Part shown: positions 35,870 through 48,667 of the stretch, piece after piece
Position numbering within the stretch: position 1 is the first letter of the stretch
Layout: every line of letters begins with the position of its first letter
DNA from: Heterodontus francisci
Taxonomy: Eukaryota
Length of the DNA stretch: 64,000 bases
Assembly (NCBI RefSeq): GCF_036365525.1
Contig: NC_090404.1
Coordinates: forward strand, 18,545,134 to 18,609,133
Reading direction: 5' to 3'
Made by a program: the position numbers and the translations under genes
Notes under the pieces: model-generated
What the model saw: the letters and a program-made list of their open reading frames with translations, nothing else
What the model was told of the DNA's origin: nothing
Database searches by the model: none

Positions 35870-38040
35870 GGTCATACAAATGAACATACGAATTAGGAGC
35901 AGAAGTTGGCCATTCTGCCCCTCTAGCCTGCTCTGCCATTCAATAAAATCATGGCTGATCTGTTTGTGTATCGAATTCCAAACTCCCATCTACCCTCGAT
36001 AACCTTCAATTCCCTTGCCTAACAAGAATCTATCTACCCCGGCTTTAAACATATTCAATGACCCCGCCTCGACCACCTTCTGAGGCAGAGAGTTCCAAGG
36101 TTGCACAAACCCTCAGAGACAAAATCTCTCCTCATCTCTGTCCTAAAAGGGCGACCCCTAATTTTAAAACAGTGTCCCCTAGTTCTGGACTCACCCACAC
36201 GAGAAAACATCCTTTCCACATCCACCTTGTCAAAACCATTCAGGATCTTATATACTTCAATTAAGTCTCCCTCACTCTTCTAAACTCCAGTGAAAACAAG
36301 CCCAGTCTGTCCAACCTTTCCTCATAAGACAACAAGCTCATTCCAGGTATCAATCCAGTAAACCTCCTCTGAACCTCCTTCAACACATTTACATCCTTTC
36401 TTAAGTAAGGATACCAAAACTGCACACAGTATTTGAGATGTGGTCTCACCAATGCCCTGTATAACTGAAGCAAAACATCCTTACTTTTATTTTCAATTCC
36501 TCTCATAATCAGGGGTAGCGTTCCATTCACCTTCTTTATTACTTTTTGTGACTCATGCACTAAAATACCTAGAGCCCTCTCTATTTAAGTAATACTCTGC
36601 TTCTTTATTCTTCTTGCCAAAGTGAACAACTTCACTTTGCCACATTATACTCCGTCTTCCAGATTTTGCCCACTCACTCAACCTATATATATTGGTCTGT
36701 GTTGGATCTCAGGCGCCTAAATATGGGGTTTTCGTCTTCCGTATTCCCCCCGAATGGACTCGAGTTACTGAACAAAGAGGTTCGGGATCGCATGGTGGAG
36801 TACCGAGCCTAGACAACGGCCAATGACTTTTCAAACAAAGAGGAATCCTTACCTCTGGGGCCCCATAAAGGACCGATGTCCAGTGCTTTGGTCTCTATCC
36901 TCCAGCGATCCTGCCGCCTACACCAAGTTGTTGGATCTCAGTTTTGTTATGTTCTCATTGGTTACACCAAAAAGAGACTAAGTCCGACTGGAGCTATAAG
37001 AAACTTTATTGTCGTACTTAGTGGTTACATCATCAGCAAAGCGAACAACAACAACACCTGGGCTCTCCTCCCTCTTCCTCCGTGCTGGAGGAGGGAATTC
37101 AAGCCTTTCTTATAGTTCTTCTTACAAATTAGTGACACCCCCTTTATGTTCCCAATTGGTTCACAAACTTTGCAGTTTCTTGGCGTCAGGGCCTGATTGG
37201 GGCACTGCCTTGTCGCCCTCTCCTCAAGCAGTTTCTTATTCCCTTATCTCCTGGGAACGTTGGGCTGATTGTCATACAAAGGGTTAGTCTTCAACAGCTG
37301 CAGCTGTCCTGCTAGGTTTTAGCTGGTTAGTCTATTTGTACTGATAAGCTGTCCCTACAGCACTGAATAGGCTACTATTAATTTCTGATAAGCTGTCTGC
37401 TGAAGCTCTAAAGCTATGAAGTCATTACTGATAAGCTGCCTGTGCAGCTCCGAAGTTAGTTTGTTAGTGATACATGATTAATTATTTCATCTTAAATGTC
37501 CCCATATTATTCTGTTCTTGAAAATTCTGTTATCACAGTCTGCAACCTCCTTATGTCCTCTTCACAACATATTTTCCTACCTATCTTTGTGTCATCTGCC
37601 AATTTAGCTACCATGCCTACACTCCCCTCATCTAAGTCATTGATATAAATTGGAAAAAGTTGAGGCCCCAGCAGGACTCTACTTGTCAAATCCTGCCAAT
37701 CAGAAAAGGACCCATTTATGTATACTCTCTGTTTTCTGCCAGCCAATCTTCTATTTATGCTGATGTGTTACCCCACTACACCATGAGTTTCTACTTTGTG
37801 CAATAACCTTTTATGTGGCACCTTGTCAAATGTCTTCTGGAAATCCAAGTACAGTCGTTAACGGGCTCCCCTTTATCCACAGCACATGTTACTCCTTCAA
37901 AGAACTCCAGTAAATTGGTTAAACATGATTTACCCTTTACAAAACTGTGCTGACTATTCCCGATTACATTGAGTTTTTATAAGTGCCCAGTCGGAGCCTC
38001 CTTAATGAATGATTCTAACACCTTCCCCACGACTGCTCTG
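35870..38040 (-). mobile_element. CR1 fragment, paralogue of 21580-24840
   Basis: ORFs 36261..36560 and 37507..37746. Confidence 0.88.
36700..37537 (-). mobile_element. Deleted ERV provirus: 5' LTR (36929-37537), PBS (36908-36925), leader, last 13 bp of the 3' LTR
   Basis: TSD gtctg at 36695-36699 and 37538-37542; tgttggatctcag at 36700 and 36929; PBS TGGTGTAGGCGGCAGGAT; donor-like AG|GTAAGG at 36852. Confidence 0.88.
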
Positions 38041-38324
38041 AGTATACACACACCTCCTGTTTTGCCATTTACAGAAGACTGACACACTGAAGTTGTGAAG
38101 GAGTATGCAGTTGCAACCACTTGCTTTCCTGGTTGAAGCTCATTTCCACCGAGGTGGAAGAAAATAAAAAACAAAGACGACTTAAAAACGGTTTGTGGTT
38201 GTACCGGCATTAAAGAAAATCAGAACTATCAGCAGTTAAGGTTGGAAAGGGAGAAACCATTAGTTGATTTCCGAAACCCCAATGTTGGAAATCCGCCATT
38301 TGGCAGAAACTTCTCATCCCCGAT

Positions 38325-39839
38325 CTACTTGTGAACTCGCTGGTGTGTCAGAAGACTGGAGGACCGAGTGAATCCCTTCCCACACTCGGTGCAGGAGAAT
38401 GGCCTCTCCCCAGTGTGAACTCGCTGGTGTTTCAGCAGGTTAGATGAACAAGTGAATCCCTTCCCGCACTCGGAGCAGGTGAACGGCCTCTCCCCAGTGT
38501 GAACTCGCTGGTGTGACAGCAGGTTAGATGAAGCTTTGAATCCCTTTCCACACTCTGAGCAGGTGAACGGCCTCTCCCCAGTGTGAACTCGCTGGTGTGA
38601 CAGCAGGTTAGATGAAGTTTTGAATCCCTTTCCACACTCTGAGCAGGTGAACGGCCTCTCCCCAATGTGAACCCGCTGGTGTGTCAGCAGGTGGGATGAC
38701 CGACTGAATCGTTTCCCACACTCAGAGCAGGAGAATGGCCTCTCCCCAGTGTGAACTCGCTGGTGTCTCAGCAGGTGGGATGACTGAGTGAATCCTTTCC
38801 CACACTCATAGCAGGAGAATGGCCTCTCCCCAGTGTGTACTCGCTGGTGTGTCAGCAGGGAGGATAACTGAGTGAATCGTTTCCCACACTCAGAGCAGGA
38901 GAATGGCCTCTCCCCAGTGTGAAGTCGCTGGTGTGTCAGCAGGTGGGATGACCGAGTGAATCCTTTCCCACACTCAGAGCAGGAGAATGGCGTCTCCACA
39001 GTGTGAACTCGCTGGTGTCTCAGCAGGTGGGATGACTGAGTGAATCCTTTCCCACACTCACAGCAGGTGAATGGTCTCTCCCCAGTGTGAACTCGCTGGT
39101 GTGTCAGCAGGGTGGATAACTGAGTGAATCCTTTCCCACACTCTGAGCAGGTGAACGGCCTCTCCCCAGTGTGAACTCGCTGGTGTGTCAGCAGGTGGGA
39201 TGACCGAGTGAATCCTTTCCCACACTCAGAGCAGGAGAATGGCCTCTCCCCAGTGTGAACTCGCTGGTGTCTCAGCAGGTGGTATAACTGAGTGAATCCT
39301 TTCCCACACACAGAGCAGGAGAATGGCCTCTCCCCAGTGTGAACTCGCTGGTGTGTCAGCAGGTTTGATGACTGAGTGAATCTTTTCCCACACTCAGAGC
39401 AGGTGAACGGCCTCTCCCCAGTGTGAATATGTTGGTGTCCAGTGAGATCAGAGGATTGCCTGAACCCAGTCCCGCAGTGAGTGGACCTGAATGGTCTCTT
39501 GTCAGTGTGAACACGTTGATGGGACATCAGTTCCACAGAACCTAAATAGCAATTCCCACAGTCCAGACATTTAAAATGTCTCTTGTCAGCGTGAACCCGT
39601 TGATGTGCCAGCAGGTTGGATGATTGAGTGAATCCCTTCCCACACTCGGAGCAGGTGAACGGCCTCTCCAGGGTGCGACTGCGTGAATGAGTTTCCAGCT
39701 CAACTGGATACTTCAATCCCTTCCCACAGTCCCCATATTTACATGGTTTCTTCCCAGTGTGACTACACTTGTGTTTCGACAGGCCAGATGATCGGCTAAA
39801 ACCTTGGCCACACAGAACACGTGTACAGTTTCTCCCCAC
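38325..39839 (-). CDS. ZNF-B: tandem C2H2 zinc-finger protein, 18 repeats; finger 1 frameshifted; first in-frame ATG at 39527
   Basis: 504-codon open frame; acceptor at 39975-39974; candidate donor at 42232; 2-bp deletion near 39810 relative to ZNF-A. Confidence 0.88.
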   Translation of the reverse strand: MGRNCTRVLCGQGFSRSSGLSKHKCSHTGKKPCKYGDCGKGLKYPVELETHSRSRTLERPFTCSECGKGFTQSSNLLAHQRVHADKRHFKCLDCGNCYLGSVELMSHQRVHTDKRPFRSTHCGTGFRQSSDLTGHQHIHTGERPFTCSECGKRFTQSSNLLTHQRVHTGERPFSCSVCGKGFTQLYHLLRHQRVHTGERPFSCSECGKGFTRSSHLLTHQRVHTGERPFTCSECGKGFTQLSTLLTHQRVHTGERPFTCCECGKGFTQSSHLLRHQRVHTVETPFSCSECGKGFTRSSHLLTHQRLHTGERPFSCSECGKRFTQLSSLLTHQRVHTGERPFSCYECGKGFTQSSHLLRHQRVHTGERPFSCSECGKRFSRSSHLLTHQRVHIGERPFTCSECGKGFKTSSNLLSHQRVHTGERPFTCSECGKGFKASSNLLSHQRVHTGERPFTCSECGKGFTCSSNLLKHQRVHTGERPFSCTECGKGFTRSSSLLTHQRVHK

Positions 39840-40390
39840 TGTGATCGGTGCTTTTTCCTAACACGTTCAAAATCCGGTGGTTTTCAGATTACGCTAAATT
39901 GGGCAACGACTTCAGATCCCGATCAGATGTTTGCTTTGCATTTCACGGCTGCAATTCCTCCCCTTCGAAAACCCTGTGAAACTGATTTAAAAACAGAAAA
40001 AAAAATTGTGACAGAACTCACAAAAACACAAAGGCAGGGTGTGAAATGGAGCTGAATGAATCTGGTAATTGTTTGGGGGCAGTACGAGAAAAAGTGACCA
40101 TGAAAGCTGCTGGATTGATGTACAACCCAACTGGTTCATTAATGTCCTTCAGGGAAGGGAACTTACCACCCAGTCTGGACCTACACAAGACTCTGCTCTC
40201 TTTGGGAGAAAAGAGAGAGGGAGGAGGAGGGGCAGGGAGAGGAGAGGTATTCCATATATGTACAACTCGACCAGAACTTTGACATAACCTCCCAAACCCT
40301 CAACTTCCATCATCCAGAAGGACCAGGGTTGCAGGTGTATGTGAACACCATCACCTCCAAGTTGCCCTCCAAGTCACACACCATCCTGAC

Positions 40391-41445
40391 TTGTCTGACA
40401 TCCAGTACTGGATGAACAGAAATTACCTCCAATTAAATATTGGCAAGTCTGAAGCCATTGTCTTCAGTTCCTGCTGCAAATTCCTCTCTCCAGTCACCAA
40501 CTCTATCCCTCTCCCTGGAAACTGTCTGAGGCGAAACTGGACTGCTCATAACCTTAGTGTCATATTTGACCCCGAGATGAGATTCCAACTGCATATCGGC
40601 GCCATCACTCAGACCGCCTATTTCCACCTCAGTAACATCACCACTGCCTCAGCTCATCTACCTCTGAAACTTAGATCCATGCATTTGTTTCCTCTCAACT
40701 TGACTATTCTAACACACTCCTGACCGGCCTCCCACATTCTACTCTGTCAGCTTGAGATCATCCAAACTCTGCTACCTGTGTCATTACTCGAAACCAGTCC
40801 TGTTCACCCATCACCACTGTGCTCACTGGCCTGCACAGGCTCCCCGTTAAGCAGCACCTCAATTTCAAAATCCTCATCCTTGCTTTCAAATCCCTCCATG
40901 CCCTCGCCCCTAACTATCTCTATAATCTCCTCCAGCCCTACAACCCTCCGAGAGATCAGGGCTCCTCGAATTCTGACATCTTGAGCATCCCCGCTTTTCA
41001 TTCCTCCATCACAGGTGGCCGTGACTTCAGCTGCCAAGGCCATAAGCTTTGGAAATCCCTCCCTAATCCTCTCCGCCTCACATTGGTAGGTTAATTGGCC
41101 ATTATAAATTGCCCCTAGTACAGGTAGGTGGTAGGGAAATATATAGGGACCGGTGGGGATGATATTGGAATATGGGATTCGTGTAGGATTAGTATAAATG
41201 GGTGGTTGATGGTCGGCACAGACTCGGTGGGCCGAAGGGCCTGTTTCAGTGCTGTATCTCTAAACTCTAAACTAAAACCTTCCACGCTTTAGACACTTCT
41301 TAAAACCCATCTCTTTGATCAAGGTTTTGATCATCTGCCCGAATATCTCCTTATGTGGCTCAGTGTCAAATGTCGCTTTATAAACACTCCTGTGAAATGC
41401 TCTGGTACATTTTATTACATTAAAGGTGCAGTTTAAATACAAGTT
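40391..41445 (+). mobile_element. L2 3' fragment in the ZNF-B intron
   Basis: Paralogue of 27278-28478. Confidence 0.85.
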
Positions 41446-42299
41446 GATGTTAACTTGGACACATATCACCATTCCTTCATCATCACTGGGTGAAAATCCT
41501 GTAACTCCTTCCCTAACACCATTGTGGGAGCACCTTCACCACAGGGACTGCAGAGGTTTAAGAAGAAGGCCCACCATCACCTTCTCAATGGACAGCACGG
41601 GACGGGCAATATATGCTGGTCTGGCTAGTGACGGCCATCTCCCAAGAATGAAGTAACAACTTCTGTATATGTAAAATGGCTTAAAAGCCTCCACAGAAAT
41701 ACTTGTTACTGAAACAATACTCTTTCACATTGAGTGGTTGGTGTTTATTGAGCGGCCTCCCCACCCTTGACCGTCTCACATTGGAAACTGTTGGGCCCGA
41801 CTGGGCTCACAAATTCTCGGGATTAAAGCCAGCAGCTGCTTCTCCTCCATCTCCACTCCAGATCAAACTGATGCAACAAAAAAGACCAACACAGGAGGTC
41901 AGAGAGCAAATGCCACATCCAACTCCCACTCCCAATAAACACCAGCTCTTCACTGGTCCGTCTGTGTTTCTTGACTCAGTTCTGTGAGCAACACTTGCAA
42001 TAAAATAAAACCAAAATATTGGGGATGCTGAAAATCTGAAATTAAAAGGAGGAAATGCTGGAAATGCTCAGCAGGTCAGGCAGCATCTGTGGAGAGAGAA
42101 ACAGGGTTAACGTTCCAGGTGCATTGAGCCACCAGAGCCTGCAGCCTGGAACTCGGAGTGGGAGAAGGAGGAAGAATGAGGAGAGGCAACATAGTCCAAC
42201 ACTCACAGCAACCTCCAATCCACCGACATTACCGGGATAGGGAGACAGAGTTTAGACACACTCAGCAACACGACTCCAGTAAAACAGCCCAGGAGGAAA

Positions 42300-42620
42300 A
42301 CGAGTCTGCGCACACGGCGCTTGATCTTTGACCTGAGAGAACGCCTTTCCGAGTGGTTGACAGCAGCTGCCGACCAATAGCGCGAGTGGGGCGGGACTGG
42401 AGTTAGAGGCCCCGCCCCCTCGCACGCTCCGTTTCCTTGGCAGACCCGTCGCCCGAGCGGGCCTCCAGCCCCGCCCCTCCCCCCAAACGCTCTTCCAATT
42501 GGTCCGGAGCTGATGTCCATCAGCCAGGCGGGCGGTGTGAGGTGAGCATGCGCGACCAGACCGGGGCGGAGGCGGAGAGGGAGGTGGTCGCGGGGGAGAG
42601 GGGGGCGGGCTTGCAGAATC
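42300..42620 (-). promoter_or_regulatory. CpG-island promoter of ZNF-B
   Basis: Paralogue of 29330-29640 with CCAAT, GC boxes and gcatgcgc retained. Confidence 0.75.
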
Positions 42621-43244
42621 ACAGAAGCAGGAGGCCATTCGGCCTGTTGTGTCCGTACCTGCTCTCCGAAAGAGCAATGCACTCAGATCCATTCCCCCAC
42701 CTTCTGCTGAGGTCAAACTGGTGTCATCTCCAACATCAACATAACTTCCTTGCTCTTGTCCGCTGTTCCTCTGTTAATAAAGCCGAGGATACTCTATGCT
42801 TTATTAACTGCTCTCTCAACCTATCCGAACACCATCAATGACTTATGTACGTATACACCCAGGTCCCTCTGCTCCTGCACCCCCTTTAGAATTGTAGCCT
42901 TTATTTTATACTGTGTCTCCATGTTCTTCCGACCAAAATGAATCACTTCTCACCTCTCTGCATTGAGCTTCATCTGACACCTGTCGGCCCATTCCACCAA
43001 CTTGTCTGTGTCCTTTTTGAGTTCGACACGAGCCTCCTCAGTTCTCAATGCTTCCAATTTTCATATCATCTGCAGACTTTTAAATTGTGTCCCGTACACC
43101 AAGGTCTAGACCATTAATATATATCAGGAAAAGCAAAGGTCCCAACACTGACCCCTGGGGAACTCCACTACAAACCTTCCTCCAGCCTGAAAAACATCTC
43201 TTAACCACGACTCTTTGTTTCCTGTCACTCAGCCAATTCCATAA

Positions 43245-46200
43245 TGTCACAACCAGGTGAGAAAGATGTCCAGGGGTGTCTTTCAGCCTTCACCTGATCT
43301 TACTGTAATAGGAATTAATTTTTAAACACGGTGTGTTTTGAGCTCCCCCTTCGTGAATCCTTGTTCACTGCATTCCAATTATAAAGCAAAGAAATGACAC
43401 AGACAGGCCTTCTTAGGTTTAAAGAAGAAAAGTGAAATTTATTAAAATTTAAACTTAAACTCTAATTCGGTTAAGAAACTATGGATACACGTCGTGCCCC
43501 AGGTTAGCATGCATATGCAATATGCACATGCAAGTAGAGACAGAAAAGATAGGAAGAAAAAAGTAAAGTGGAGAAGTTTGAGGCAATATCAGAAGAGTTT
43601 CTTGTTACTGTGCTTCGGGCTCATTGTAGTCCTTTTGTAGGTAGTTCTTGCTTGTAAGTCATTCTTGCTTTTGGTTGGGGCCCGATAGTCTTAAACCTTG
43701 TTCACTGTAGGAGACATTTCTCTCTTGGGGTTCCTGTATCTTCAATGGATTCCAAAGCTGGTGAGAGAGAAATGAGAGCAGAAAGGAGAGAGGTCTTTTC
43801 AGTCCAGGAGCAAACAGCTTTCTGAGTTTCAGTTCAAAACTCTGTGGCAAGTTCAAATTCCTGCCACAGCCAGTTAGTCATGTGACTAAACTGGTCTGAC
43901 CACGTCTTCTGTGTACTGGGAAGCAGGGACTGGATCCTTTGTTCCAATGCTGTCTGCTCGTATGCATAAAAGGCCTTTCTGGCGAGGGGCCTGGCAATTC
44001 CTTGTGATAGGCCCTCTTTTCTTCCCAGCAACAATGATAAGTTTTAATGTCCATGTGGCAAAATTAATGTGTCTCATTCTTGGCAGGTGGGGGCCTGCAT
44101 GACACCTCCACACCCAGGGGAATGAAATGCAATTTGAAAAAAAAATGGCACATTTCATTAAAATTTTGAGAGAAATATAAGATACATTTCTCTCATTCAT
44201 TTCCATTCCTTCAGCAATCTTAAAGCCTATTAGAATTGTCTTTACTGGGTGCCGGTGTTGCTTTAATGTCCCCTTTTTTGGCATCCCAGTAACCAGGTGA
44301 TTCTTTGGGGGAAGCTTTTCTTCAGTTTGACCATTGCCATGACTGCCTAAGGTTTTGTTCCTGTTGGGGTCATTTTTCTTCCCAGGAGAGTTAGTGGTGG
44401 GTGGGTCTATCCTGAACACTCTCTCGGTGCTTTGCTGAATCATGCAAAACCTTCAGGGGATAGGTGCACTTTTCCTCTGACTGTGGGGGAGGATTCTTTG
44501 TTAATCTCCCCTTTGTTCTGTGGGACACTCCTCCCTGCAGGTATGTGTGCAGATCTGACTGCACTCTCCCGTGGCACTTCGACAAGGTGAGGCATCACCC
44601 TCATGTATCTGTGCCCCCTAGAGGCGGGGTCTAACTTTTCAATTTTTTTGTGGTTGGCTGACCACACAGTAGGGATTTTTATCCAGATTCCTCCCGGACT
44701 TTCTTTAACCTGCCCTCTCGGTCACTTTTTCCCCTTCTCTTTCCAAACCTATGCCAGCCGTGTGCCTGCTTGTCCCCTTTTGTTCTCAGCATGGATCCCG
44801 TACAGTTCACCAGCCCTTGGCTGGAGGGTCCTCCTAACACCGGTACAGGACTTAGGAGGTTTCACTGTAGGTTGGGGTTTCTCCTCAACCTGGCACATGT
44901 AACAACTCCTGCAGTACTCCACCACATCTTTGTGGAGTTTTGGCCAGTCAAACTACTGTCTTATGTGGGCTTTGGTCTTTCATATACCGGCATGTTCAGC
45001 TACTGTAGTCTCATGGGCCCTTTTCAATATTTCTCCCTGGTCCCTCTGTAGCACCATTAACTGATGAACTACTGTCCACTCTTTTCCCTCAGGTCTCTGA
45101 GGAGAATTCCATTTCCTCATCAGTACCTCATTTTTAAACAGTAGCAATCAGGGACTCCCTCTGCTTCACTTTCAGACTGGGCAGCCTGTGCTAACTCTCG
45201 CAATACTGGGTCGGCTCGCTGAGCCTCACCTCGGGAAAATCCATTTAATTCATTCCCTGGGTCTCCTAACTTTCCAAAGAAAGTCTCGGACAGGCAGACC
45301 TCGAGCTCATTTGCACACAGTACCAATGCAGTCTCCTCTGCAGGAACTGGTTTGCTCATGGCCTGATCAACTACACATTTAGGGAAACTGCAGGGAACCG
45401 TCTCCTGCCACAGCCCTGTCTCTCTGACCTCCTGCGGTCTTTCTTTCACGTCTGGGGGACTACCACCTTCACCCCCAACAGACCGTTACCTAGGAGCAGG
45501 TCAACCTTGTCCACAGGCAAACTAGGGACAATCCCTACGTTCACCGATCCCGAAACTAGGTCACACTCCAAGTGCACCCGGTGTACAGGTACAGGCATAC
45601 ACTGACCTCCAATACCATTCACCACCATTTTGGTGTTCACTGCACACTCTGGGGGAAAGGTCAGGCCTTTTCCCAGTAAAAGAGATCAAGTGGCCCCTGT
45701 GTCCCTAAGAAGGGATCTCGTGGTCCCAAAGAATCACTATGGGATTGCTTGCCCCACTCAAGGGGTATGGGTATGCCCTGATTAAACCTATTGGTTTCCC
45801 CTTTAGTTTCCAACAGTCAGCTTTTAAATGCCCTGCTTTATTACAATGGAAGCTCACAGGTCTCCAGGTCTCACTCTTGCTCACAGCACCTTCCTTCTTG
45901 ACTGGAGGAGGGCCCCCTGTGTCTCCTGCTTTCCTTTCTCTCTCAGGATTGGCAGGGCGGTGATCGCCTTCCCACCCTTTGTCCTTTTTGGATTTGTGGA
46001 GGTGATTAGGAAAGGTTCTCCCCTGGGAAACGGACTTACATATTAAAGAAAACTCATCAACCAGAACGGCCGCTTGCCGGGCTCCCTGAACCCACTGCTC
46101 CTCTACATGGGTCTTTATTGAGAGTGGGAGAGAGTTATTAAATTCCTCTAACAGAATTACTTCTCTGAGAGTCTCATAGCTGAGCTGTATTTTAAGAGCC

Positions 46201-46445
46201 CTCAGCCACTGGTCAAAAGCCAGCTGCTTACCTCCAGATAAGTTTGATTAGCTTGCTTTTTGAGGGTTCTAAACTTTTGGCGGTAGGCTTTGGGTACTAA
46301 TTCATGTGCCTGAGGATAGCATTTTTGGTCAGTTCATAATGTGATGAACTCCCACCTGGCAACAAGGAATAAACCTCAAGTGCTTTTCCAGTTAGCTTGC
46401 TTTGTATTAAAAGGGACCAGGTCTCAGTTGGCCATTTTAGCTGCC
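43245..46445 (-). mobile_element. Gmr1-like Gypsy element, paralogue of 32047-35420 (LTR 43245-44104), preceded by a CR1 piece at about 42620-43244
   Basis: Same LTR termini, PPT and gag/pro motifs; about 160-bp deletion near 45770. Confidence 0.85.
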
Positions 46446-47043
46446 TTGAAGAAAGATGGCCAGAGTTATACTCCTTGTCTTGCATCAGTATGGTGCAAAA
46501 GACAGCTTCACACTGACTCAAGGTTTACAGTGTGACTGGAGCAGTAGACAGTGAAAATGGAGATGAACAATGCATGGAATTCAGCCATACACCTGAGCAA
46601 ACTGATAAGTGGAAATTCCAGATCACTTCAGTTGCTGCAAAGCCGGAGAGCGGGAAGGGATGTGGGGAGAAAGCGGGGAGTGAGCAGCCAGAGAGCGGGG
46701 GCCGGGAGGGGAAGTGGGCAGTGAGTAGCCGGAGAGCAAGATGGAGAGCCGGGCTTGGGGGTGGGGGAACAGTGAGTGAGCAGCCGGAGGGCGGGTTGCC
46801 ATTGAAACCTCACAGAATTACTGAGGGTGTGCAGCACTGTCAGAGGTGATAAGACTTCTGATAAGACTTTAAACAGCGCAATGTTCCCCGAGTATCAAAC
46901 CTGTCCATCGTGTGCTGCCTTGGGTTGAAGTTGTTTCTCTGTGATAAATTGACCAGTGCCATCTTTAATCCTGGCAGCTGCCTGAATGTCGCAGACAGTG
47001 ACATTTCAGTCCATGAGGCTGCATTTGTGCATGTGCTAGTACA

Positions 47044-47058
47044 GTGCCACCTAGTGGT
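47044..47058 (-). promoter_or_regulatory. CTCF motif
   Basis: Reverse complement accactaggtggcac matches the CTCF core CCACYAGRKGGCR. Confidence 0.55.
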
Positions 47059-47364
47059 TGCATTGTCAGCAAACACAGCCTTAATTTTAAGCTATGTCCA
47101 ATGTGCTGTTCAGTTCTCAGGTGGTCTCTGCTAAGATATTCCATGAAGGCAAAAACAAACATTGGGAATTGGTCTGTGTTTACAAGCACCACCTTTTTGG
47201 CCATTTACAGAAGACTGACATACTGAGGTTGTGAAGGAGTATGCAGTTTCACCCACTTGCTTTCCTGGTTGAAGTTCCTTTCCACCAAGGTGGAAGACTA
47301 TAAAAAAAAATAAAGACGACTTATTTGTCAGTCTTTAACTGTCAGTTCCCATTTTTTTTTGAAG

Positions 47365-48238
47365 CCAGCGTGAACTTGCTGGTCTGTCAGCCGGTTGAAT
47401 GGAGTCGTGAATCCCGTTCAGCACTCGGAGCAAGTGAATGGCCTCTCCCCAGTGTGAACTCGCTGGTGTTTCAGCGCATCAGATGAAGTAGTGAATCCCT
47501 TTCTACACTCTGAGCAGATGAATGGCCTCTCCCAAGTGTGAATCTGCTGGTGTGTCAGAAGATGGCTTGGAGTCATGAATCCACTACCACACTCGGAGCA
47601 GGTGAACGGCCTCTCCCCGGTGTGAACTCGCTGGTGTTTTAGCAGGATGGATGAAGTGGTGAGTCACTCAGAGCAGGTGAATGTCCTCTCCTCAGGTGTG
47701 TACAATGAGCTCAGATGATCGCTTGAACCCAGTCCCGCAATGAGAACACCTGAACGGTCTCTCGTCAGTGTGAACACGTTGATGGGTCATCAGTTCAGCC
47801 GAACCTTTATAGCAATTCCCACAGAATGGACATTTAAAAGGTCTCTCCCCGGTGTGAACTTGCTGATGTGTCAGCAGGTAGAATGAATCAGCAAATCCAT
47901 TCTCACACTCGGAGTAGGTGAACGGCCTCGCCAGGGTGTGACTACGTGGATGGGTTTCCAGCTCCACTGGATAATTCAATTCCTTTCCACAGTCCCCATA
48001 TTTCCATGGTTTCTTCCCAGCATGACTGCGCTTGTGTTTCGACAGGCCAGATGAGCGGCTGAACCCTCTTCCACACACAGGACACGTGTACAGTTTCTCC
48101 CCACTGTGATCGGTGCTTTTTCCTTCCATGTTCAAAATCCGGTGATATTCGGGTTTCGATAAATTGGGCAATGACTTCAGATCCTGATCTGACGTTTGCT
48201 TTGTACTTCACGGCTGCAACTCCTCCCCTTCTAAAATC
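47365..48238 (-). pseudogene. ZNF-C: C2H2 zinc-finger pseudogene, older paralogue of ZNF-A/B
   Basis: ATG at 48129 ([13 protein letters not shown]); frameshift/stop at 47692 after repeat 5; further broken fingers to about 47365; acceptor at 48240-48239. Confidence 0.8.
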
Positions 48239-48667
48239 CTGTGAAATTGACTTAAATCAGAAAAAAAAGAGCGTGTGAGAACCCACGAAAACGCAAAGGC
48301 AGGTTGTGAAATGGAGCTGAATGAATCTGGTAATTTATGGGTCTGGCACTTGGAACAAGTGACCATGAAAGCTGCTGGATTGATGTACAACCCCAACTGG
48401 TTCATTAATGTCCTTTAGGGAAAGGAACCTGACACCCAGTCTGGACCTACACAAGACTCTGCCCTCTATGGGAAGAAAGAAAGAGAGAGAGGGTCAGGTG
48501 GGAGGGGTAGGGAAACGGGGGAGGTATTTTATATATCTACAACTCGATCAGAACTGTGACAGAACCTCCCAAACCCTCAACTTCAATCATCTAGAAGGAC
48601 CAGGGTAGCAGGCGAATGTGAACACCATCACCTCCAAGTTCCCCTCCACATCACACAGCATCCTGAC

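Larger units (their letters stand above)
35421..46445 (+). repeat. Segmental duplication unit B (third, partial start at 46446-46641)
   Basis: Colinear with unit A; identical junction tttagctgcc|ttgaagaaag at 35420 and 46445. Confidence 0.95.
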
